DNA of 64,000 bases from Vicugna vicugna. Lineage: Eukaryota. The stretch lies in the NCBI GenBank assembly GCA_013265495.1, contig MU058879.1, positions 1,175,590 through 1,239,589 on the forward strand. Reading direction: 5' to 3'. A program made the translations under genes and the position numbers. Positions within the stretch are counted from its first letter, which is position 1; the number at the start of each line of letters is the position of its first letter. Shown one piece after another: positions 35,976 to 48,475 of this stretch. A model generated the notes under the pieces. The model saw nothing but the letters and a program-made list of their open reading frames with translations. It was not told where the DNA came from and searched no databases.

Positions 35976-36150
35976 CAGTGAGCTCATTACCAGGGCCTAG
36001 GTTGGCAGTGGCTAGCTTCAGAAAGTTAAGCACTGACTGTTTCTCCCCAAACAAAATGCTGAGCTTTGTAGTTAAGAATATACACAGCCTTTGTTGTTGT
36101 TGTTGTTTAGGTAGAAGGAGAAAAAAAGTTAAAAGAAAAAAAAATGCCAC

Positions 36151-36656
36151 TGTATCAGTTAGCTACTGCTGTATAACAAATCATACCATACTCAGTGGCT
36201 TCAAACAATAAGTATTTATTATTTTTCATGACTTTATGGGTTAGCTGAAAGTTGGCTGATCTGAGCCAGGCTCAGCCCACCTCAGCAGGGCATGTTCATC
36301 TGTTTGTGTTCAGCTGGGGAGCTGGCTGAGGGCTGCTGATGTAGGGTAGCCTTACTCACATGTATGGTGTTTGACTGGCTGTTAGCTAGGGAGACAAAGG
36401 TGATTTGAGCCCTGGGTCTCTTAACATCTGCCAGGCTAGTTCAGGCTTGTTCTTTCTTGAGACATAGGCTCAGAACTGGCATCCTGTCACTTCTGCCACG
36501 TTCTGTTGACCAGAGCAAGTCATGAGACCAGCCCACCTTCCAGGAGCAGGAAATAAGATTGTGTTCTGACAGGAGAAGCTTCAAGGTCATATGACAAGGA
36601 CTGTGGATGCAGGGAAGGGTGAAGAGGCATGGTCACTTTTGCAATCAATCTACTTT
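36151..36656 (-). mobile_element. MaLR solo LTR (MLT1F type)
   Basis: Starts tgtatcagttagctactgctgtataacaaatcatacc; contains ggctcagaactggc...gtcacttctgccacgttctgttgaccagagcaagtca; ends tgcaatcaatctac. Confidence 0.8.
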
Positions 36657-36879
36657 AGTCACAAATGATATTTTGATGGCTGTGAGAATGCAGTGGTAAT
36701 AACACCCAATAACAGCCTTCAAGAAAATCACACTTTAGGGGAAAGAACCAAGCACCGCTAATTAGAATGCAGTGTAATAACTATTATAACAGCACAGACA
36801 GTATGGGACCTAGATGTGGGGCGACTCCTGCTCAAGAGACTCAGGGAAAGCTTCTCAGAGGTGGTGACCTTTGAGCCAG

Positions 36880-37140
36880 GTCTTGTTCAGGGCTGGATCC
36901 CAGCGCCTGACATCGTTCCTGGCTTACAGTAAGCACTTGGTAAATATTTGATGAATAAATAAATGAAGAATGAGGAGTTGGCCTAAAGAGAATGAAAAGA
37001 AAATCATTCCAAGGAGAAGAACCAGCATGAGGTATGAGAAAAGGATATACCGTTTCATCTCTAAGGAGATTTATTTTTTCAGTGAATATTTGTTAAATGT
37101 CCACTATGTGCTGGACACTAGGGATAAGGAGCAGGGACCC
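36880..37140. mobile_element. Two L2 tail fragments in opposite orientations
   Basis: cagtaagcacttggtaaatatttgatgaataaataaatgaa (plus) and tgaatatttgttaaatgtccactatgtgctggacactaggg (minus). Confidence 0.55.
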
Positions 37141-39089
37141 TCAGGGAGTGGGTGGAAGGGAGGCTATACCCCTGTTTATTCTCTTCTTGCATGAAGGAGC
37201 ATGCCTGTCTCCTCCAACTCCAGTGCCCTCCTCGCACAGACATCACCACCACCGCTACCACTCTCCAGGGGACGAGGTCAATGCTGGTGAACGCAGTGAG
37301 GATGGGAGCCCATGGCGTCGGTTGGCTGCTCAGATCTCAAGATGCACTCATTCCACAGTGGCCAGATCCCTAGTGAGTATCTCATCAGAAGCCCTCATTT
37401 TTATTTCAAAAAAAAAAAATAGTGCTCCAAAAGGACACAATCCAGAAGTAATGTTTCTAGTTGGAATCCCAGACTGTCTTCAAATACTTCCCAGGCTTTA
37501 TGGAAAGCATTTTTTGGTCAGGGTTGGGGTGAATAGCCCTGACATAGTTTTGCAGCTCTTGTAAATATGCCAGTGCTCTTCTAAATGGTGTGGGCTGGGT
37601 CAAGCTCCCTTCTTTTCCATCTATTGCGTATTTTTTAAGGTTGGCTGTCAGAGGTACAATACCATGGTTTGCAGGATGTTTGGCTGATTCAGGGACCTTT
37701 GTCAGCAGGTGCCCAAATCCTACATCTTGGTTTTTCTTCCATATATAACACTCACCTGAAGTGGAAAGCTTGAGAATCCATATCAAACATACCCAAGGTA
37801 ACCGGTAAAAGCATATGTAAAAATACATAGATTAAAAGTATTAAATATCCCTAAGTTTGCTGCTTGAATTCAATTAAGCTTATCTTGACTTCTTTTAAGG
37901 GCAACAGACACAAGTTCGATTCCATGGGCTTAACTAGAGCTCTCTATTCTCTCTACCTGACTTTGTAATACTAAACAGACATCTATGATACTCAGATATT
38001 CAACAACCAGTAGGACATAGGTCCTGGCCAATCAGAATGGATCTATAGAGATCCCAGGTGTGCCGGTCATTAACCTTTAGTTGTTGGGTGATAGGAAGTT
38101 CTGGAAAAGGCACTGGGTGTGGGGGGGGGTGCTATGGTGACCAGGATGGTATGGGTAGGAATACAGTTGGTCCCATGTTGCAAGCGACATACCTGGTCCA
38201 CTTGGACAAACACTGGTCTCTCTGGTCGTGACCAATCACGATCAAGCTCATTATAGCATTCTTTAAGATTGCTGATTTCTAAAATTTAGAGATAAGTCAG
38301 ACTTTGGAAACATACAAATTAACAAATTTTCTTTGCCTTTATTTCAAATAGCTGCAACAACTAGTCTTTTTATAAGGGAGGGAAGAAATTATACATTGAA
38401 GAATACCAGGACTAAGTAACAAATAGAAATGTGCTTGCTAACTGTGTCCTTAAAGTAAACAACTGCCAAACTCATGTAAAACCAGACCTTGCTTTGAGTT
38501 AGCGATACCAGCACCTCCTTTCTCCTCCTGGCATCTCTCCCCCTCATCCTTGGATTTGCTGAACCTACACAGCCTTAGCTCATGTGACTGGAGGTCCGGA
38601 AATCTGAGCTCCAGCAGCGCAAGCTTGTTGTAAAGAACTCGTGAAAAACAATCCAAAGAGCCAGTCTTCAGCGCAGGCCCTGGGCTTCGTTTCCATGTTG
38701 TTGTTTTTCTGGTCTTTAAAGGCGAATTCTTTACTGATGCAGTAAGACTGGAACTTGATCAACAGAACAAATGTTATTTTAAACACTGTAGTAATAATAA
38801 TTTAATCGAATGTGATTTGCTTTTAATAACTTTATTGGCCCTTTCATTTTGAAAAGCGGCCACGTGAGTGGTTTGCTTATGCATTTTTAGCAAGAAAGGA
38901 AATAAATGCTTCTGCTTCGGTGCTGAAGACTAACCATGCTTCCTCCCTCACCCTCGGTTTCATGGACCTAAGTCAGCCCGCCCTGCGATGACACGTGATT
39001 AGCCTGAAACTTGTATTAAAGCCAAAGGCAGCACTGAGCCTGGTTCTTTCTCTGAACCCTGAGGGCACCCACCAGCCAGATCAATGGTA

Positions 39090-39260
39090 ACCAGCATTTG
39101 TACTGTGCCTAATTGTTTACAAAGTGCTTTTACTAACATGGCCTCCTTTAAAGCGTGTGATTCCTGTTTCACAGAAGAGACGCTCAGAGTAAAATGGACT
39201 TGACCAGTGTCCCACCATGAGTAGAGGTGGTGCTGGGACTTGAACCTCCGCACCATGGCG
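39090..39260 (-). mobile_element. MIR SINE
   Basis: cctgtttcacagaagagacgctcagagtaaaatggacttgaccagtgtcccac...ctgggacttgaacc. Confidence 0.7.
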
Positions 39261-40099
39261 GGCAGTGTGTTACTAGAATGATTCCACACTGTAATTGTGA
39301 AAAGAACTAAATTCTGTTCATTCCTAAACCATACCCTCTCCAGCCACAGACCATCTGAAAAAGAAAACGTAAATAAATAAAGTCATCTTTAAACCTGCAA
39401 ACCACTAGGTGAACAGACTTTGCCAGGATACTGAGTTGGAATGAAATTGGAAAATTTCACTCACACCTAAGCCCTCTCTACTTTCAGACATTTATAACAA
39501 GGGGAGTATTGTTTCTGAACAACCTGCGAATAGAGGACCATCATTAAAGGATTTGTGGGTTGTTGAAAAAAATTTCATTCTGCTAGAATCCAAAGCCCAT
39601 GAACTAATTGTCCATATTTTATGCTTACCCTTATTTGTAAAACTTGCTTCTTAAGCTAAAATAAACTTTGTAAGCTAACTTGAAGTGGTTGTGAATTTCA
39701 GATAGTCAAGCCACGTTACTAAATCAAGAGGACCGACTGGTGAAATGTGGTGATGATGCCAGAACACAGCCTTGAGTCCTTAAAATTGATTAGTGAACGA
39801 AGAACAGTGGCAGGGGTGGGGCTGGATAGAGGTCAGGAACAGAGGGGAACGTCAGTGGCCACAAATCCCCCCGCGAGTCCCCTAAACTCTGCTTTGAGAA
39901 AGAAAAAGGTGACTAGTAAGTTTATTTATGCTTTTTAAAAAGCACTGCCAATCCCAATTTATCAGTTACTGTCTTGTGACAATTTATTCATTGTTCACTG
40001 TGAGAAGCCAGAAGTCACATAGAAATGTATGATTGGTGATAGCTTCTCTATTTCAATATGTTATAATAGAGATAACACGGTGCCCAAAAGCCCTGTAGC

Positions 40100-40279
40100 N
40101 NNNNNNNNNNNNNNNNNNNNNNNNNNNNNNNNNNNNNNNNNNNNNNNNNNNNNNNNNNNNNNNNNNNNNNNNNNNNNNNNNNNNNNNNNNNNNNNNNNNN
40201 NNNNNNNNNNNNNNNNNNNNNNNNNNNNNNNNNNNNNNNNNNNNNNNNNNNNNNNNNNNNNNNNNNNNNNNNNNNNNNN
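40100..40279. other. N-run, 180 nt
   Basis: Directly visible. Confidence 0.99.
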
Positions 40280-43200
40280 TGAATAACTGCTCTGCCAGTT
40301 AGGTTATCAAAATTGCGCTATAAGCAATGAGCTTCTCTTTCCTGGATGTGGGAGGAGGGAAAAGAAATAACCTCTTGGGTGTGCAGATGGGAAGGGGCGC
40401 CCTGGGCTGGGGTAGCGCTCAGAACCAGCTCTTTGGGTGAAAGGAGAGGGGAGAATGGCCGCAGAATGAAGAGGGTAACTGGAAGATTCAGTGTGTATCC
40501 TGAAGACAAAGTAAAAGAGAACCGAAGCCAATTGAATGCTGCCTTTCGGTGTTTTTCCTCGACAGTCATCCCCTGAATTACTAATACAGTTCTTCCGTGA
40601 GACAGGACAGACATTTCAACCTGGGTCTTCATAGATCAGCCCTCTCTTTGTATCTGACCTTCCACAAATGAGTGTTGCATTTTCCTTCTTGTTAATCATT
40701 TTCTAATTGTCAAGTATTTTGTTGCTTTAAAGACATATTAAGCTAACATGGAATGCAGCAGATTTTTCATCCAGAAGTGAACTTTTTTCCTACAAAATAA
40801 TTTTTGTTAGGCAAGCCTTGCTTTGAGGCATCGCAGACTCTTTTTCTTTCACAAATGTTGATGGTAAAAAGAAATTACTTTAGAGAGTTCATTCTCGGCT
40901 CCACATTGGGGACTGTGGTGTAGGTTAGCAGACAGTGGTTACATACGTGTAAACTTTGATTCGTGCCAAATCTTGTGCACTGTCTCAGTGAGAGTCTCAG
41001 AACCGACGGGGGCTCCAGATCCTAATTCTCCCAGAGACACTAACCATGTCTCAAAATATCTGTGGGGTCTGAGTCATCTGGGTACAGAGGGCCCTTCTCA
41101 CGTGCAGCCAGTCATTTTCATACCTCGTCGGAACGATCAGGACTGATGGACGATTTTCTCGTGACTGTCTTAAGATCATCTGGGGCTGTGTAATGGGTAC
41201 TTTTTAATATTTTTCAAATTCTTTCCATGTTACAGGTAGTTCTTTTTAAACTTATTTTCCCAGATCCTGCCACACTGTTAGTGAGGATCTAATATCAATC
41301 AGAAAGTTTTATCTAGACTAATTGTCTGTTTATTCCTAGTGTAGAGCTGATCCTTTTATTGAAACTTTCATTCCTCATTTATGTGGTTAGCCTGGAAACA
41401 TGTGAAAGAGAGTGCTAGAACATATTTGTGGTTTTCTCGTATTGCTATTTTGGTAAATTTTCTGAAAATGGAATGAGGGATGCTTAAAATCTAGCATCCA
41501 TATTAATTCCTTAGCAGCTGCCATTATCTTTGAAGTTAGAAATAAGAAAACTAGATGGGCATCATGGCCATTAAAGAACCTCATCAACCCTGGAATTCAA
41601 TTCTTATTTAAGAATCTAACACAATATGTATTTGAAGAAGAGTCCACGCCTGGAATAATAACCAATGTCCCAGTGCATGGGAGAGTGTCTGGTGTCAAGT
41701 GTGCACTCAAGTATGTGCTGAGTGAATGAATAAACGAGTGCGTGGGTAGCCCTTCCCCCTAGACGTCAACCTTCAAGATGCCACTCAATACTCAGCAAAC
41801 ACTGAGCACCTCTACCACCTAACAGACCCAAGGCCTGGCTCACACACCAACCCCTTATGGTCTCTTCCCGATCACTTGGCATATTGGTTTCTGACTCCTG
41901 TGGCACCGACACACACTGTCTTACATTGCCATGCTGAATACGCATCCCTTACGTCCTGTCTTATGCTGAAGTCGGGAACTTGGAGTCAGGGACTGTGTTT
42001 ATATATTTTATTACATAATGACATACGAAGTGACTTACACATATTAAATATAAATAAATACCTTATAAAAAAACGAGCTGGCCTTAGCTTCTTAAATTGA
42101 TCATGCCCCTGTGAGAAAGCTATTATTGCACAATGCAGTGCCTGGTAGGTAGGTAGACACTCAACAGATGTTGGTTGTATCCAAATGTACAAAACAAGGG
42201 AATGCAGAAGACAGTGAACTAACTCAAAATGTGAGGCAAGAAAGGCTTCACAGGGTTCAGATTGGAAGGATGAGTGGAGAATTTCTAAGGGGAAAAAGAG
42301 AAAGAAGTAGATCCTGGAAGAGGAAGCATCATGCACAAAGACCAAAGGTGGGAAAGATCTAGTCACATCATAGAGTCAATGGATAACGTTGCCTGGAGAC
42401 TCCGAGGGACTCCTGCTCTTTTTCTCCTCTCAGTTATTACCTGAATAGTTCTCTCCCACTTCAAAAATGGGGGGATTCTTTTTGCTTTCTTGATTAAGAC
42501 ACCCTATAGAAGTACGTGTTTCATTTTATTTGGTTTGATTTTAGAACAATGACTTGGTTTATTGGAATCATTTTGAATTTAATTTTAAATTCTAGAGTAA
42601 GGCAGCCACCATCAGGTTTCAGTCATATATGCAAACTGTTATTGTATATCCTACATACATATCAAAGAAGGATTTGGCATCTGAATTATGACTCTGTTAA
42701 TATTTTCAGTTTAACATCCTACATCTGTGTACTTAGGAACACCTAAAGCCCAACGTATATCTGAGCAAAAATGGAGAAATGTGGCCCAAGTCCAGGTGTC
42801 TTGCATTATCTAGATGTTTGACAAGATATGGATTTAAACCCTTAAAAAAAGATAGTAATAAATAAAAATCCAATACTTTGCATTAATTTACCTAGTTTGG
42901 ATACTTAGTTGTATGCTGATATAATAAACAAATACACGTTTTCTCTACTTATTACTGCTGTTACTACATAAGACTATCTGAAACTTATTTGGGTCAAGGT
43001 AATCAGTGTGCACTGCTTTTTTCACTCTATAAAAGGTCATTAATTCTGAAACAACTTTTTATGGCCGTTTAAAAATAGGTACTCCGTTGGCTTTTCCCAG
43101 TGATCTGGGGGCCTGCCAATCCTCCACAGATCTTCACATGTTATCATTCTTGGCTCTGTGATTACATCAATTATTTTCTTGGCAAATCCAAGGTAGAGTT

Positions 43201-44577
43201 GGTCAAGCTCAACTAACATAAAAATATGTAACACCCCAAAGTAAATTGTAGGCCAGTTCAAGTTCTGCTTTAACTTCGATTTTTGTCTTAGCCTTCTTAC
43301 ATTTGGCAAGTCTCTATAGTTATTTTGCTTTATGATCATGGTCTTCTATACACACAGGAAACTGCCAAGAGGCTCAGGAAACAATTTAAAGTCATCCAAA
43401 GCCCTTAACACTATTAAATCCTACTTGATCCATGAAGAATAATTAGCAAGGTCTAGGGAACTTGTATGGGAATTTACCTATTTACAGTGAGGTCTGTCTG
43501 TCTGTGAACAGCCAGATGAGCTCCAGCCAGGTTCAAATAAGCATTCAGAGCAATTTTCAGACAGCTATATAGTTTCTTAGGTCAAGATGATGGACAGGAC
43601 CTACATTGCCTCCTCTCCGTTCTAAATTCCCACTGAAATGACAATACACACATAAAAATAAATCAATCCTTGGCAGCACTTGAAACAAACCAGAAAAAGG
43701 GAGGAGAAAGGGGGATAACATTAGCAGACCAGAAAGTTTAATGAAGTCTTGGAAGATAAGAAGCAGCTTGCATTATATTGTTAGATAAACTCTAGCAGAG
43801 TAAATCACAAGCCAAAGTACACACATGGAAGAGATATAGAGGAGATGGGGATCACTTCCCTTAAAAGATCTCGGGAGAGGCTCCAAGCAGGTACAGACAG
43901 AAGAAGCTGCTAAGAGGCAGCAATAAGGTTTTGTAAGTGGAAGACCATCTTCAGAGCAGCTGGACTAGATCTCGTGTGTGGAACAGTTGGCCTGTCCAGC
44001 AGTTGTGGTGTTCCAAGCCTGTTAGCACACTTGAAAGAAAAAACCACTTGTCTGTAGGATTCGCTCTTTGACACAGAGCCTGAAGACAACCCTCCCTTCA
44101 GGAAAGTGGCCTTTTGGGTAAAAGGGTGCATTTTGATGTAAAAGGATGGCCATGCCAGCTATCTCAACTAGCAAATACAGCCCTTTATGATCAAATATTA
44201 GCAATCATCCAAGGGTAACCATTTGTTTAAGGGAAATGAGATAGAAGAATAAGAAAGACAAAGTTGAATTTTTAAAAATTGACCACAAAAGAGATGGTAA
44301 TTATGGAAGAAATGAAAGATAGCATCAAAACTTCTAATTAGTATCCTCAAAATTTAAAACTTATACTATATTTATAATACTAAAAAAGGCTGATATGTGT
44401 TCTTGGAAATAAAAACATAAAATCATCTAAAAATAAATTAAGCTATGAATTGAACAATAGCAGACAGAAGTAAAACTTTAAACTTACTTTTGAAGGTGGA
44501 ATGAGTAAAATTTTCAATAATGGAAAGAAAGAGAGAAAGAAAAAATATGAGAAGTCATTTCAAGAAATATAAAGCTT

Positions 44578-44718
44578 CACTATTCAAAATATGGTCCTTC
44601 CACCAGCAGGACCAGCATTCATATCACCTTAGAAGTTTCATCCAGACCTACTGAATCAAAAATCTCCATTTTAATAAGATCCCCAGGTGTTTTGTGTGCA
44701 TTAAAATTTGAAAAGCAC
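44578..44718 (+). mobile_element. MER5-type DNA transposon fragment nested in the HAL1-like element
   Basis: ttcaaaatatggtcc...ccagacctactgaatcaaaaatctccattttaataagatccccaggtg...aaaatttgaaaagcac. Confidence 0.75.
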
Positions 44719-45073
44719 AAATATCAAGCATAAATTCACAAGGCCCAGTACCTAGGTAAAAAGTGACTTGGCAATAATATAAACAACAGAAGAGTTGAAA
44801 TAATCAAAGAAACAACAAAAGAAAATAAATAGAGAAAATTTCCTGGGCCTGGGAAAGTTGTCAACCCCACAACTGGCACACCCCACCACATGCCAAGTGG
44901 AAAAAATGCTCTATTTTTATGTATCTTTAAAAAAATTTCAGAACACTAAGCGCAAAGAGAAAAGTCCTAAAAACTTTCAAAGAGATGGAAGAAAATGATT
45001 ACTCAACTCAGAAAGAAATGATCACTAGAATGGCATCAATGTCTTCATAATATAAGGTACTAAAAGACTATAA

Positions 45074-45192
45074 AGGGGGCTGGGGTGTCACTCAGTAAGT
45101 AGAGCACATGTTGAGCATACACAAGGTATGTGGTTCAAGTCTCAGTACCTCCATTAAAAAATTAAAATTAAATTTAAATTAAACTAAAAAAT
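45074..45192 (+). mobile_element. Vic-1-like SINE, diverged
   Basis: gggggctggggtgtcactcagtaagtagagcacatgttgagcatacacaaggtatgtggttcaagtctcagtacctcca plus an A-rich tail; TSD aaagacta (45063-45070 and 45193-45200). Confidence 0.8.
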
Positions 45193-46574
45193 AAAGACTA
45201 CACAGAAACTTTAAACATAGAATTCTACATCAATTAGAATTATAAATAAAGTTGAAATGAAGAATAAAGGCACTTTTAGACATAAAAGAACTCGGAAAAT
45301 TTACCTCTTATCTACCTTTTCTAAAGAAAATATTATGAGGTTGTACTCCAGTAACATGAAAAAATAATCAAAGAAAGAGGGAGAGAAGTGATCTAAGAAC
45401 AGTTTAATCTAATTCAGAGGTACAATGAAAGAAATCTCAGAATGAGGTACAGGCCAAAAAGAGAATGAGTAGAAATTAGAAGGAAATCAGAGGACTTTCT
45501 GGAAAAAAAAAAAAGATTTCTATTAATTGGAGGTGGGTTAAGAATGATTATTGCATGAGTGGGAAAACAGATGGAAAAGAAAAGTCATGGTGAAATATAA
45601 AGCAAGCTAAAATGCAACATTATTTAAGCAATTATTGGTGTTATATAATACATACAATATATACTACATGCATTTTATTTCTTTATCATTATCATTAACA
45701 AAAAATATATATTTGCTAGATACATTTATCCTTTGGACTTTGGTGTTTGGAACTATATGAGATTATATTGCCTTCTCTGTGTGCTTAATCATACATAATT
45801 CTAGAGAGTAATATTTATAATGTTTAAATATTCATTTTTTCAGATATTTATATTTTTACAACAAACTAGAGACAGTTCATGAAAAACGTTGGTTATGGAA
45901 CCAAAATGTAAATGATACAAATGTAATGAGACCAATGGGTAAGTAGATTATTATAATAGTGTTTGCTTATAAATTGCTTTAAACTCTAAAAATGTAAAAT
46001 AGAATGATTCAGCAGGGAGGAAGAAAAGACGAAAGAAATGTAGGTGCACTGATCTCTTCATCTCACCTAATAAGGGGAGGATAGAGTCCGTCTGAAGTTG
46101 GTGACTGGAAAACACAGGTTTAATATGCTAAGTAATAAAAGTAACCAGTAGAAGAACTAAATCAGAGCAGCAGCACCAACAACAAACCCTGAGCTTAGAA
46201 GGGAATCAGGGAGAGGAGAAAAGGTAGAAGGATGGGAGAGGAAATTTCTCGTCTTTCATCTGGCAATCCGTACGTACTCCCTGAAATCTTAAGAAAACCA
46301 AGACTGAAATACGAAATATCAGAATAGCTAAAAGGAGAAACCAAATCATTACCTCCGGAAACTTTTGGAGATCAGTAGAGGACAGTGAGGCTGAACTTTA
46401 CCTTTCATCCATCTCCCATGCACACAAGGATGAGTATTTTAACCATCACATACATCGTGTTTAAAAGTAAAACTTAAAAAAAAATCTCCGTGCGACATGT
46501 AATAGACATCTAATGACCACTAAGCGGAACAAGTACAGCAGATTTGCTGGGAAGTATCTGTTTGTTGACTCGGT

Positions 46575-46780
46575 ACATTTTTGAGCACCTACTCTGTGTG
46601 CTCCTGGGGTAAGCACTGTGTCTGCAGCACTGAGCCAGACAGGCGCCGCCCCTATCGTGACGGAGCTCGCTGTCTATAAGGAAAGACAGACATTAACAAA
46701 TAATCACATAAACAAATTGCTCAATACCCTTGCGTTAAATACTGTGAAGGATAAGTGTATAAAGAGAAAATGCAACAGGG
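46575..46780 (-). mobile_element. L2 fragment
   Basis: ttgagcacctactctgtgtgc...gaaagacagacattaacaaataatcaca. Confidence 0.65.
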
Positions 46781-48324
46781 GAATTTAAGCCTGGGAGACC
46801 AAGTTGCTCTGGGTGAAGTCATATGACAAGCAAAGTTTAACAAAATTTGACTTCTTGGTAGTAACATATGAAGGCTATTGGACACACAGGAAATACCCAG
46901 TCAGAGGCAATTGTTTAACTAAAGGCAACTAAACTACTTTCCACTTAAGCAAAAGTCTGTCCTTTATTCCACATAACTCAAGTCAGAAATAAAGGCATTT
47001 ACAGATGTTCCTGGTTTTAAACTTTCTGAACTTGAGAAATTTCCCCCGAAAATGAATCAAATCACATACATTAAAAAAAAAAAAGAAGCTTTATTGAAAG
47101 CTGACAATTTGGCAATGTGCTGTGATTCGAGGTAGATCAACCAATTTAACATTTGGAAAAAAGCATAGTATTTCCAGAGCTGTCAAGAACTTTGAGTTGT
47201 GAAGTAAGTAATTTGATCTACTGCACTTAAAAACTATTTACTTACCCATTTCCATCAGCATTCACTCACATAAACTAAGTGTGAGGACCAGAAAGCATAT
47301 TTTTATTCATCCTGTATCCAAGTGGGACACGGGGTAGAGTGTGAGAGATTAGTGGGTCTTCTGATATGAAAAGAGGGCTGGCCAGACAGGGAGGCCTGTC
47401 CTGCGGGGAAGAGGAGTGGGGGGCGGGGCACAAACGGAGAATACATTAAATAATTAGGAGATCATTTTATAATTTAATAAAAATGTCATTCTTGGCCTTT
47501 AAACAGTTGGGGGTTTCTCATATGTCATGTCAGAATGGACGTGGTAAGGCCAGCTGTAACAGCAGACTCCAGAATGGGCCACCTCAACTACAAGGAACCT
47601 GCGACTTTCCTCATGTTTACCTGACTCTGAGATGCCCTCTGCTGTGCTAGCTACACTCACACACACACCAGCTGTCACACGCACTTTGGGTGCTTCTGGC
47701 TTGGCAACCTATTAGACTCAACCATTTGATCAGCCTAGGAGAGCAGATTGTGACACTTTGTTACTGGTTGTTCCTTTAGAAGGTATCAGTCAATGCCCAT
47801 TTCAAGCCCAAACTTCTATCTGCACAGATGCACTGGACAGAACGTTCAGGAAGAGTTGATTGTTGTGCAAACCAAGCGGACAACCAGGCAAGAAGCTTTT
47901 TTTCCCACCAATAAGAAGTTATTTTTCAATCTGTGTACTCTTGTTCTTAAAATGACAAATGGAATAATGGGTGAATCAAAGGCTTTTCAACATAGAAAAA
48001 TCAATAGCCACTAGGCTGCTGGTTGCCTCTCTGTGCTTCCCAATCTTGGAAATGTTGCCAAGTCCCTAGAAAACTCAAAATGGGCCATAATTTCAGAGAA
48101 GGTTAAATTTTAGATTGATTTCCTTGGGAAACCCAGAAAGAAAGAAGTATTTGATTTCTCAATGTTCCTTTGTTGTTTTATTTGTCGGGTGGGGGTGGGG
48201 GTGGATCCAGAGTGTGTGTGTTTTTTTTAAAGAACTTCCAGCCTCGTGATCATACACATAATCACTGCTTTGGGGCATACCTGATGTTTTATAATAGCTT
48301 GTTGCAGAATCATCTTAGAAACAT

Positions 48325-48475
48325 GTACACAGCATCTATTATGTGCCAGGACAGTGAGGGCTTTTTCTCTATTAACTCATGTAATTCTCATACAACCCTA
48401 GAAGGTTGGTATTCAGAGAGGCTGTGGGACATGAACTGATTGAACTCAAGCAGTCTGCGTCCAAGGGCTCTAGTG
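48325..48475 (-). mobile_element. MIR fragment
   Basis: tattatgtgccaggac...aactcatgtaattctcatacaaccctagaagg. Confidence 0.65.

Larger units (their letters stand above)
43600..46480 (+). mobile_element. HAL1-like (ORF1-only, half-L1) or very old L1ME 5' element, heavily degraded
   Basis: A-rich ORF1-like remnants. aaatttacctcttatctaccttttctaaagaaaatattatgaggttgtactccagtaacatg...aatcaaagaaagaggg and gtaaccagtagaagaactaaa resemble HAL1 as I remember it; no ORF2 motifs follow. Confidence 0.6.

Noticed and set aside
47829-47895. Possible 60-nt exon with a GC donor (cacag|ATGCAC...AACCAG|gcaaga)
   Set aside because: Non-canonical donor, modest pyrimidine tract and unrecognised peptides; not distinguishable from chance.
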